Positions 48,591-56,399 of a stretch of DNA of 56,399 nt are shown in pieces. This stretch comes from Thermoproteota archaeon (GTDB taxonomy: Archaea > Korarchaeota > Korarchaeia > Korarchaeales > Korarchaeaceae). Below the pieces are notes generated by a model. The model saw nothing but the letters and a program-made list of their open reading frames with translations, made no database searches and was not told the DNA's origin. Numbering within the stretch: the first letter of the stretch is position 1; each line of letters begins with the position of its first letter. Both the position numbers and the translations under genes were made by a program. The stretch lies in assembly GCA_015522685.1 (NCBI GenBank), contig WALU01000038.1:1-56399 (forward strand), in the 5' to 3' direction.

Positions 48591-49908
48591 GGGTGATTTC
48601 TTACTTATGATGTCATTTCTCATAAAGTCTTATAGTCGGTCTTTACCAGCTAGAATTTTGAAGATAAGTGGAAATAAGATAATAGAGATAATCAAAGAAA
48701 GCAAGAGTTATGAAATAGTATCTGCTATAGATAGAATACTAACAAATGCGGAGAAGACTTCCTCAGCAATTAATATCCTAAGAAAGTTATGCTTTCCTCT
48801 AATTAAAACAATTTCCAAGCCAAAGATAAAGAAGACCAGCTTTAGTAGAATATTTGAGATAGTTCTCTCTCCTTGGGCGCTTCCTCTAGGCTTCTTACTA
48901 TTCTTCTGGTCATCTCTAGCTAGAGTATCTTCAACTACCTTGCTGCTAGTTTATTCAGTTACTCTTATCATGGTTATTGCTATCTATTTGGCTTCTAAAG
49001 AAGGAGGTCTCGAGGTCGCTGATTCAAGAAACGTTATCCTATTCCTCGGTTCTCTGATGCTCCTTATAGGATATGCTGCCTTCGTTGTTCAAATTGCCAA
49101 GGTAGGAGGTATTCCCTTACTTAACGATCAATTAAGGAGAGGTCTATCTCCTATCCTTAACTACATAGCTTGGACCACTGTTCCTGGAACTGCTTTTCTC
49201 CTGTCATCGGTGAACCTAGATAGATGCGAAGCTTACACTTTAACCCTTATAGGATTCATTCCATCATTCTTTCTGGCTTTTAGGACAGAGATGATAGCGT
49301 ACATACTGGCTACTTTAGTAGTGCTTTATCATAGGAATATGATAGGAGGTTTACATATACTAATTGGTATAGTAGTGGCTGCGGTGTTTTTCGTTGGCGT
49401 TGGCGCTGTAAGGTCCATTACTACGGGCTTGGTTCAGAATCCGATATTCTCTGTTCTGTATAGACCTACCATAACAGTTGCAGCTTTAGATACAATAGTT
49501 AGGCTATATGATCTCATACCAGTTACAGGTGGACGTGTGCATCTAGCGGCATTTTCATCATTAGGCCTAATAAGGGGGTCTAGGTATGGACCAAGGACCC
49601 TCATAAGCATCTACACTGGAGGTAGAAGAACTGTTTCTACAACAGCAACGTTGATAGGAGGCCCATTGCTAGATTGGGGATGGATAGGAGCTATCTCAAT
49701 ATCTTTCCTACTAGTTTACTTCTTATCCTTCTCATATAAGTTTTCGATAGGGAATAAACATTTACTCGGCCCCTATGCAACCCTCTATTCGTATTCTATG
49801 GTAGGGATAGAAACGGGCATACTAGATATTAATGTATATTCATATATCACACTTGCTCTCCTCCTAATAATCCTCTCACTGAGACCTAAAAATGAGATCA
49901 AGAAATAA
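48553..49908 (+). CDS. Oligosaccharide repeat-unit polymerase (Wzy-like) family membrane protein
   Basis: GGIPLL...R, AFRT, RPTIT..LD, TATLIGGPLLDWG, GIETGILD; start uncertain. Confidence 0.72.
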   Translation: MMSLDLHTFQSHEGDFLLMMSFLIKSYSRSLPARILKISGNKIIEIIKESKSYEIVSAIDRILTNAEKTSSAINILRKLCFPLIKTISKPKIKKTSFSRIFEIVLSPWALPLGFLLFFWSSLARVSSTTLLLVYSVTLIMVIAIYLASKEGGLEVADSRNVILFLGSLMLLIGYAAFVVQIAKVGGIPLLNDQLRRGLSPILNYIAWTTVPGTAFLLSSVNLDRCEAYTLTLIGFIPSFFLAFRTEMIAYILATLVVLYHRNMIGGLHILIGIVVAAVFFVGVGAVRSITTGLVQNPIFSVLYRPTITVAALDTIVRLYDLIPVTGGRVHLAAFSSLGLIRGSRYGPRTLISIYTGGRRTVSTTATLIGGPLLDWGWIGAISISFLLVYFLSFSYKFSIGNKHLLGPYATLYSYSMVGIETGILDINVYSYITLALLLIILSLRPKNEIKK

Positions 49909-51055
49909 TTGGCTGATAAACCCGACTCTTGGTGTCTTAGCTATACTACTCAGTATAATGATTCCAGGTGCCCTGAAGTTCGGGTTAGATGCTAATTGGG
50001 TGATTATTTCATTTTCAGGTCTGTTATCCTTCTATATTGGTGCAAGAATGGCTAGAATAGTATATAATGAGAAAGCAATGCTTCTATTTGGTGAATTCCT
50101 AACTTTACTGTTGTTATTAATCTCCTTTAAAAGCATAGCTAGAATCTTGGCTGCACCCATAGCCCTGCTGTGGCTGGTCGTTCTTAATATTGGAGGAATA
50201 ATTGTAGGTTCTAAGGAAAAGTCTATACCATACTACTCCACGGCTCTCTATGGTATAGGAGCTATCTTCATTATTCACTCCTTCCTTCAATATAAGAGTT
50301 GGGACATCATAAGATCACTACCATTAACACCACCTGAGGGTGCTTTTGGGATGCTTCTTATCTTCATTACATTCCCTAGTATTCTACAATGGCTACTTTA
50401 TCATATGCATAGATACTCAGCAACTATCTTCATAGCAGCCACTACATCATTAATGCTGCTTCATGGTTTTAGGGCTGATGCGGCCCTCGTACTACTCTCT
50501 ACATTTCTAGTTGTGTGGAAGAGGTATCCTCGCATATCATATTTATTCTTAATAACCTTAATCTCACTATTTATTTTGGTAGATGTTGCTAGAAGCAACC
50601 TTAATGTTCCTGTAATAGAGAGACCCATTTTCAGACTCAGTACTACCTACTATTACTCTAAAGAAATTCTAAGATGGTTTCTCTCATTCTTGCCACCATC
50701 TAATCCATCCTGGTTATTTTCTATACCGATGCATCCATCCCAATCCATAGGTAGAGGCATATATGGGAAGGAATATGGAATAACACCAACTATTTTTGTA
50801 GAGTTCTCCATAAGCTCAGGTCTGCTTGGAATGCTCCTATTATCACTAGTCTTGGGAATTTTATCCGGTTATAGCTTTAGCTTATTTATAAGAAGTAAGG
50901 ATGTCTTCTCTTATGCTATAATATGGCCAATATTGATAACTCGAGTAGAAATAGGCATGAGCCAACTTGATTTAGTCATAATGTCTGGCTCGGTTACTTT
51001 CGCTATACTAGCCAATCTTTTTAATGAGGATCACTCTACTAAATCGGTGAAATAG
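49892..51055 (+). CDS. Second Wzy-like polytopic membrane protein
   Basis: GFRA, FRLSTT, ITPTIF and EIG motifs parallel those of the upstream gene. Confidence 0.6.
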   Translation: MRSRNNWLINPTLGVLAILLSIMIPGALKFGLDANWVIISFSGLLSFYIGARMARIVYNEKAMLLFGEFLTLLLLLISFKSIARILAAPIALLWLVVLNIGGIIVGSKEKSIPYYSTALYGIGAIFIIHSFLQYKSWDIIRSLPLTPPEGAFGMLLIFITFPSILQWLLYHMHRYSATIFIAATTSLMLLHGFRADAALVLLSTFLVVWKRYPRISYLFLITLISLFILVDVARSNLNVPVIERPIFRLSTTYYYSKEILRWFLSFLPPSNPSWLFSIPMHPSQSIGRGIYGKEYGITPTIFVEFSISSGLLGMLLLSLVLGILSGYSFSLFIRSKDVFSYAIIWPILITRVEIGMSQLDLVIMSGSVTFAILANLFNEDHSTKSVK

Positions 51056-51056
51056 T

Positions 51057-51470
51057 ATGCCATATTACTATCATGGCCCGGTGATGCCTGGTGGAAGAAA
51101 ACCAACTGGAGGGAAAATAAGAAAGAGTAGAGGGAAAAGAAGGAGAGAAAATGGTAGGCCTCCAGCCTTTACAATGATTGGGGAGAAGAAAGTAAGGCCA
51201 ATAAGGGTAATGGGAGGAGAAAGGAAGCTCAGGCTAATATCAGAATATGAGGTCAATATAGCTCTGGGAAATGGAGAAATTAAAAAAGTGAAGATATTGA
51301 GCGTGATTGAGAATAAAGCTAGCAAGATCTTCACCAGAAAGAAAATTATAACTAAAGGTGCCCTCGTTAAAACTGAGCTAGGTACTATAAGGATAACTTC
51401 TAGGCCGGGGCAGCATGGCGTGCTCAACGGAGTTCTTCTGAGGGAGGATGTTGCCTCTCAAAAGACCTAA
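51057..51470 (+). CDS. rps8e: 30S ribosomal protein S8e
   Basis: RKPTGGK, RVMGG..KLRL, IITKGA, TSRPGQHGVLNGVL. Confidence 0.96.
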   Translation: MPYYYHGPVMPGGRKPTGGKIRKSRGKRRRENGRPPAFTMIGEKKVRPIRVMGGERKLRLISEYEVNIALGNGEIKKVKILSVIENKASKIFTRKKIITKGALVKTELGTIRITSRPGQHGVLNGVLLREDVASQKT

Positions 51471-51735
51471 AATAGTTTATCCTTCCTATTTTGATTCTAG
51501 GCTCAGTAGAACTGAAGGGAGAAGAGTCTCTAGAAATTTATCTATAAGAAGACCTAATTTGCAGAGGATAATTAGGGTTCTAAAATACTTATCGCTTGAT
51601 TTTGAAGTAGAAGATGACAAACATAGACCTTCTAGATGGTATAAAGTGGAAGGCAGAGTAAAGATCTATTATGAAGGTAGCAAGGAAGAATTGCTTAAGA
51701 ATCTAGGGAAGGCTCTCAGGAGTTTAAGAGAATGA
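51448..51735 (+). CDS. srp19: Signal recognition particle protein SRP19
   Basis: YPSYFDSRLSRTEGRRV, GRV, SKEELL. Confidence 0.93.
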   Translation: MLPLKRPKIVYPSYFDSRLSRTEGRRVSRNLSIRRPNLQRIIRVLKYLSLDFEVEDDKHRPSRWYKVEGRVKIYYEGSKEELLKNLGKALRSLRE

Positions 51736-52010
51736 GACAATTAGGAGAAGTTATAAGGGTCACTAGATCGAGAAACTTCCTAATCAAACTTAAGTTCTCA
51801 CTAAAAGATGATATCAAGAATTACAAGGTAGTATCTGAAGACCTCTTTTTAGTGGGTATCGTAAGCGATATAATAGGCCCCGTACATGAACCATATGCCT
51901 TAGTAAAGATCTTAATTCCTCTAGATAAAGCCCATGAATATGTGGGTAAGAAGCTTTACCTAGTGGAGAAGAAGGAAGAGGGCAGGCTCATAAAATATCC
52001 AAATGACTAA
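51732..52010 (+). CDS. gar1: H/ACA RNP protein Gar1
   Basis: LGEV, VGIVSDIIGPVHEPYALVK. Confidence 0.9.
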   Translation: MRQLGEVIRVTRSRNFLIKLKFSLKDDIKNYKVVSEDLFLVGIVSDIIGPVHEPYALVKILIPLDKAHEYVGKKLYLVEKKEEGRLIKYPND

Positions 52011-52530
52011 AAATCTCCCTAAGTATTGAAGCGGCTACATACTCAGCTTTTCCCCTCTCTAACCAATATATCTTAGATCTCCTGCATATATCCTCTATAA
52101 ATGGTATTCTAGATGTAGGAGCTGTTCCAACAGCCAAGATATCAGATGACCATATCTGCTTGATAACATCAACAAAAGATTTGGAAAACAACTCCATCTT
52201 CCCTATCTCATCTATTAAAATGACATTGCATTCCCTCATAGCCTTACTTAGGGCCGGTATTGCGATCTTTTCGAATTCTCCCACTTTAACAAAGTATTTG
52301 GATATCTTAGGGCCTTCATTGAAGAGGGTAGATGCGAATAAGCCTCGATTACCCGTAAGGAGGTCTTCTACAGTAAATCCCTTTCTCACTCCCTTTTCTC
52401 TCAATTCTGGCGTGCTTATGCCTCCTATTTTCACTCCTTTTTCCTCTAATTCTTGTTTGATTATGCTTACTGTTGTAGACTTTCCAGAGCCTGGTCTACC
52501 TCTTATTATATACTTCTCCTCTCCTCTCAT
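51988..52530 (-). CDS. Nucleoside-triphosphatase THEP1
   Basis: GRPGSGKST, ELREKGVRKGF, IDEIGKMELFS; start set to the ATG at 52530. Confidence 0.92.
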   Translation of the reverse strand: MRGEEKYIIRGRPGSGKSTTVSIIKQELEEKGVKIGGISTPELREKGVRKGFTVEDLLTGNRGLFASTLFNEGPKISKYFVKVGEFEKIAIPALSKAMRECNVILIDEIGKMELFSKSFVDVIKQIWSSDILAVGTAPTSRIPFIEDICRRSKIYWLERGKAEYVAASILREIFSHLDIL

Positions 52531-53656
52531 GATGATGTCCAAGCTTAACATCTCCCTCAAATTATATAGTGAGGGTAAGGTATCATTTTATTCTACTGAT
52601 CTAGATCATCTAAGAGAGCTTGGTTTAGCTTATACTAAAGCACCAGTCTTTTATAATCCGAGAATGAAGCTTAATAGGGACATAACAATTTCTTTATTTT
52701 CCTCTCTCTCTTTAAGAACAGCTGCTGATCTTATGGCGGCCTCTGGCGTAAGAGCTTTAAGGTTAGCAGCTGAGGGTAATGCTCAGGAGGTACTAGCTAA
52801 CGATTCAGACTGCCTCTCTGCCTATGTAATTAAGATTAACGTTAGGCTAAATGGTCTCAATAATATCAAAGTAAATTGCTCTGATGCCAGATTAATGGCC
52901 GATAAAATGTCCTGGGAGGGAAATAGAGTGGGATATATAGATCTAGATCCATTTGGATCTCCAGCTCCTTACCTAGACTCTTTTCTCAAAGCCGTTAAGA
53001 GAGGTGGTATCATAGGGATTACTGCGACAGATACACCTCCTCTCTTTGGACTGTATCCCGACAAGCTATTTAGGTTCTATGGCGTTTGGGGAAAGAAATT
53101 CCCTTTCCATAAGGAGTTTGGGATCAGGGCCCTAATCTACTTTGTTGTAAGAACTGCTGCAAGGTTTGATCTGGTTGCAAAGCCCATCCTTTCCTATGGA
53201 AGGGAACATTATGTAAGAACATTCTTCTCAATGGATAAAGGAGCATTAGCCTCAAGTGATCTATTAAAGGATAACATAGGATGGATCGAATACCTTGGTA
53301 GAGACTTTAAGGTAATTAAGGGAAAGGACTTGCCAGAAAAGAAAGATAACATTCTTGTAGGGCCTGTATGGATCGGCAATATATCTGATATTAATATAGC
53401 TAAGAGAATAAGGCCAATTAGTGACGAAGCATCAGATCTATTGAAGGCTATCATTGTAGAAGCCGAAGGCCCCCCTCTCTATTATATACTAGATAATATA
53501 TGCTCTTCTATGAAAACCAAAGTTCCTAAGATCAGAGAAGTTATTTCAAGATTAAAAGAACTTGGTTATTTTGCAAGCAGGACTCATCTAGAGCCCTTAG
53601 GTATTAAAACCAATGCCAGTAGAAAAGATTTAGAGGAGATAATTGAAAAATTATAG
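52529..53656 (+). CDS. trm1: tRNA (guanine-26,N2)-dimethyltransferase Trm1
   Basis: VFYNPRMKLNRD, AASGVRALR, IDLDPFGSPAPY, TATD, ASRTH; real start 52529-52535, not 52160. Confidence 0.94.
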   Translation: MMMSKLNISLKLYSEGKVSFYSTDLDHLRELGLAYTKAPVFYNPRMKLNRDITISLFSSLSLRTAADLMAASGVRALRLAAEGNAQEVLANDSDCLSAYVIKINVRLNGLNNIKVNCSDARLMADKMSWEGNRVGYIDLDPFGSPAPYLDSFLKAVKRGGIIGITATDTPPLFGLYPDKLFRFYGVWGKKFPFHKEFGIRALIYFVVRTAARFDLVAKPILSYGREHYVRTFFSMDKGALASSDLLKDNIGWIEYLGRDFKVIKGKDLPEKKDNILVGPVWIGNISDINIAKRIRPISDEASDLLKAIIVEAEGPPLYYILDNICSSMKTKVPKIREVISRLKELGYFASRTHLEPLGIKTNASRKDLEEIIEKL

Positions 53657-54334
53657 CTTCTTAAAAACTATCATAGCATGCTTTGGATCATAGGGAGAAA
53701 GTTCGACATTCTCTATCAGCTTATATTTACCAGCTGAAGCTACTTCTCTCTCCACTAACTTATACACCTTCCTGGGTGGAAGTGTTACATCAATGCTACT
53801 GGATTTTACAGCTATAAAGGCATATCCCCCCTTTCTAAGGAACATATCAGAGTTTCTAATAAATATACTCGCTTGATCAGGCTGAGCTACATCTTCATAA
53901 ACTATATCAATCTCAGGAATGATCCAGCAGTAATTCTGAGGTCTTCTTGCGCTCTCCATTATGGGAACAATATTCTTCCTATCGGCAGCCACCGGTAATA
54001 AATCTCTTAGGACTCTCTGGGCGATTTCTATGCCAAATATAATTCCGCTATCACCTATTATATCGCTAATATGCGACGCTGTGGTCCCAGAAGCTATCCC
54101 TAAATATAAGATCCTTGAACTACTCTTGAAGGGGAACGTCCTTAATCCTTTGTGAATGGCTGCCGCCAATTTAGATCTATATGGATTCCAGATTCTGTAT
54201 TCTATACCTTTGATATGCTTTATAACTTCGTCATACACCTTTTGACCTGGAACGAGGTTCTTCGTGGCCAACTGCTTCTTGCCATTTAATATCCAATAAA
54301 CATTTTTGAACCTCTGATCAGCTCTAACCTTCAT
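53651..54334 (-). CDS. flpA: Fibrillarin (C/D sRNP 2'-O-methyltransferase)
   Basis: WNPYRSKLAAA, LYLGIASGTTASH, DVAQPDQ. Confidence 0.96.
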   Translation of the reverse strand: MKVRADQRFKNVYWILNGKKQLATKNLVPGQKVYDEVIKHIKGIEYRIWNPYRSKLAAAIHKGLRTFPFKSSSRILYLGIASGTTASHISDIIGDSGIIFGIEIAQRVLRDLLPVAADRKNIVPIMESARRPQNYCWIIPEIDIVYEDVAQPDQASIFIRNSDMFLRKGGYAFIAVKSSSIDVTLPPRKVYKLVEREVASAGKYKLIENVELSPYDPKHAMIVFKKL

Positions 54335-55469
54335 GTCTACCATCTCCCGGCAGATCATTAAGCTTCTTATCAATTTCCTTCCTGAGCTCGTCTCCTATGT
54401 ACCTACCTCTGCCGAAAGCATCTACTCTAGCAGCTATTGCTATCTTAGTAGCGAGAAGTCTAGCTATTTTTCCTCTAAGCTTTTTAGGGGCTGTCCTAAC
54501 TTCCTTGGCTTGGAATAAGATTCCATGCTTTGGCGGCTTGGCTCCTTTAACTAAATGCATGAATATCGCCTTACGAGCCCCTAATATCTGAATAGAGCTG
54601 GCTGGCAGACTAGCTAGCCTTTTAAGACTACCAGCAATAGCTATCAGTCTAGCTCCAACGAGAGGATTTATTACAGATGATATGTTCGGAGCCTCTCTTT
54701 TCATTAGGTCCTCTATAAAGGATTCAACCTTCTTCCTGGACTCATAGAGATAAATCCAATTATCTGCAACTTTTCTAATTACCTCAAGATCTTTATTATC
54801 AAGATCAGCACCCATAGATCCATCAACGGCATTTAATGCAGATTTAACCAAATTTCCCCTCACACCTGCTTTTTTTAATACATCTTCACTGATCTTTCTT
54901 CTATCTGGTTGAAGTGAAATGATCTTCATGAAAACCGGATGTTCCTCAACTATATCATTTAGCTCTGGAAAATGTATCGAATACCATTCCCTTATAGCTG
55001 GAGCCAATATATTCAGGGATTTATTGGCGTGATCTATATAGTCTATGGATTTGATTATCTGCTGGTCTAATGAGCTTAGCTCCTCTTTGATCCTCTGCTT
55101 AGTTATCTTTATACCTAGCTCGTTGAGAATAAGATAGTACTCCTTTTCACTAATTCCGCCCCAAACTTGGGATGCATATCTGAGAAACTCTCTTCTAACA
55201 CTCAGGAAAGGCTTTTCGTTTGGCGAGATTATCGATCTCACTCCATTCATATTCAATAGATCCTTGAGTAGCTGATCGTTAACTATGATATCTTCCTTAT
55301 CCTTTCTACTTGAAATAACTTCGTCAATATACTCATTCAATAAATCCTTATTCCCTAGTATTCTAGCTATTGAATCTGGATCCTTAGGAAATGAGTGAAA
55401 TTTAATCACTTTACCCTTTCTATCTAAGACTAGTAACCCATATGGCTGAATGGAGAGGAATGCGGACAA
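54324..55469 (-). CDS. nop5: C/D box RNP protein Nop5 (Nop56/58)
   Basis: EWYSIHFPEL, GARLIAIAG, PASSIQILGA, PPKHG, AARVD. Confidence 0.96.
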   Translation of the reverse strand: MSAFLSIQPYGLLVLDRKGKVIKFHSFPKDPDSIARILGNKDLLNEYIDEVISSRKDKEDIIVNDQLLKDLLNMNGVRSIISPNEKPFLSVRREFLRYASQVWGGISEKEYYLILNELGIKITKQRIKEELSSLDQQIIKSIDYIDHANKSLNILAPAIREWYSIHFPELNDIVEEHPVFMKIISLQPDRRKISEDVLKKAGVRGNLVKSALNAVDGSMGADLDNKDLEVIRKVADNWIYLYESRKKVESFIEDLMKREAPNISSVINPLVGARLIAIAGSLKRLASLPASSIQILGARKAIFMHLVKGAKPPKHGILFQAKEVRTAPKKLRGKIARLLATKIAIAARVDAFGRGRYIGDELRKEIDKKLNDLPGDGRHEG

Positions 55470-55509
55470 ATTATCCCCTTAAAGAATACAAGACCACTCC
55501 TAAAAACTC

Positions 55510-55677
55510 TCATATTGGATGCTGACTAGGCTTTCTACCTAGGACAAACCTCTTGCGATAGATATATCTTACCCTCGTTCTAGGAATAGGACCTCTCCTA
55601 GACCTAGACTCTACCTTAGGAGTAAGAGATCTAACCTTACCAGCTTTATTTAAGGCTCCATGAGTACCTCTAGGCAT
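55510..55677 (-). CDS. rps30e: 30S ribosomal protein S30e (absent from the ORF track)
   Basis: Manual translation MPRGTHGALNKAGKVRSLTPKV...RYIYRKRFV; GGTGA SD upstream. Confidence 0.93.
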   Translation of the reverse strand: MPRGTHGALNKAGKVRSLTPKVESRSRRGPIPRTRVRYIYRKRFVLGRKPSQHPI

Positions 55678-55725
55678 TCTATCACCACGATAAACAGATG
55701 GTATGTTATATAAATTTGATACATA

Positions 55726-56399
55726 TCACTTGGTGTCTTGGCTCTCCATTTCCCTTTTCATGAGAGTGGTCCTATAGTTCCATATTATATTCATGATATC
55801 TCTTTCTATATTCTCGTTATTTGGCCTCTGCTCTTCCATAGAAGATATTAGATCTAGAGCATCTTCAGTTGGAATGAGTGGCTCAATTTCTCTCCATATT
55901 ATCCTATAATCTGCAGCCGGAGCTACCATTATACCTCCTTTTTTCGCAGTGTCTAAAAACTCTTTAGGAGGAGGATCGCCTCTATATAACAGAATCTTTA
56001 TACCTAGCTCGTTCATTTTCTTAACAATATTGGGACTCGCGCCCGTAACATCGAGAGCTAATAGGACCTTCCCCGCTGATATGTTATATAAAGGGTCTAG
56101 TCTATCTTTTGATAATGAAGGAAGAACCATAAGTTTTATTCCATCGATCTCCTGATTAGCTTCCCCTAACTGTCTCATCTGGGATTTCAGGAGCTCTATT
56201 CTCCACCTCTCCTTAGAGAGTAAATCCTCTAGTTCCCTTATCCTAACATCTCTAGAGGCTATCCTCCTATCTACTTCTATCTCGATGTCCCTCCTATCTT
56301 CCAGAGATTCAGTCTTTCTTATAAGACGATTGATCTCCTCCTCTTTTTCTCTCAAAAGTGATTTATATCTCTCAGTTTCTTTTTCCATTAAACCTATCT
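55726..56399 (-). CDS. C-terminal part of a coiled-coil protein, probably DUF460/COG2433 family (5' end outside window)
   Basis: Frame is open to the window edge; long coiled coil, and a C-terminal IIWNYR resembling the family terminus. Confidence 0.6.
   Translation of the reverse strand, partial: IGLMEKETERYKSLLREKEEEINRLIRKTESLEDRRDIEIEVDRRIASRDVRIRELEDLLSKERWRIELLKSQMRQLGEANQEIDGIKLMVLPSLSKDRLDPLYNISAGKVLLALDVTGASPNIVKKMNELGIKILLYRGDPPPKEFLDTAKKGGIMVAPAADYRIIWREIEPLIPTEDALDLISSMEEQRPNNENIERDIMNIIWNYRTTLMKREMESQDTK

Noticed and set aside
52160-52528. Apparent 123-aa N-terminal extension of Trm1
   Set aside because: Antisense to THEP1; Trm1 similarity begins only after 52529.
1-56399. CRISPR array, rRNA genes or transposases
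   Set aside because: No regularly spaced 24-40 bp repeats, long GC-rich structural RNA or transposase motifs were seen.

Overview
Compact archaeal chromosomal segment, most consistent with Korarchaeota (inference from the fused two-domain splicing endonuclease with a CSL-like loop, rps30e, an EF-1alpha lacking the full crenarchaeal 11-aa insert, and frequent TTG/GTG starts). It is mostly housekeeping: aCPSF1 (partial), proteasome beta, intein-containing RtcB, KsgA, HemK, Rpo7/Spt4, aRF1, Kae1/TsaC, Map, Hjc, EndA, DGGGP synthase, Rqc2/NEMF, archease, rpl3-4-23-2-rps19, rps10/EF-1alpha, PGK, MTAP, thermosome, SRP19, Gar1, Trm1, fibrillarin/Nop5, and 8 intron-less tRNA genes. Three accessory islets interrupt this backbone: (1) about 5.5-9.0 kb, an excisionase-HTH/AbiEi-like gene, an AbiEii-like nucleotidyltransferase and an orphan m4C-type DNA methyltransferase; (2) about 12.2-14.3 kb, a divergent pair of small genes sharing a palindromic operator, plus an ORFan; (3) about 17.8-19.8 kb, a decaying SpoIIM/Yip1-like membrane cluster between tRNA genes. 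The most notable oddities are a catalytically dead GAPDH paralogue coupled to pgk, a kae1 gene with no canonical start codon overlapping tsaC, CBS-only proteins with basic loops coupled to rqc2, and an EMC6-like domain fused to an extracellular domain. All family assignments come from motif recognition by eye; no database searches were run.
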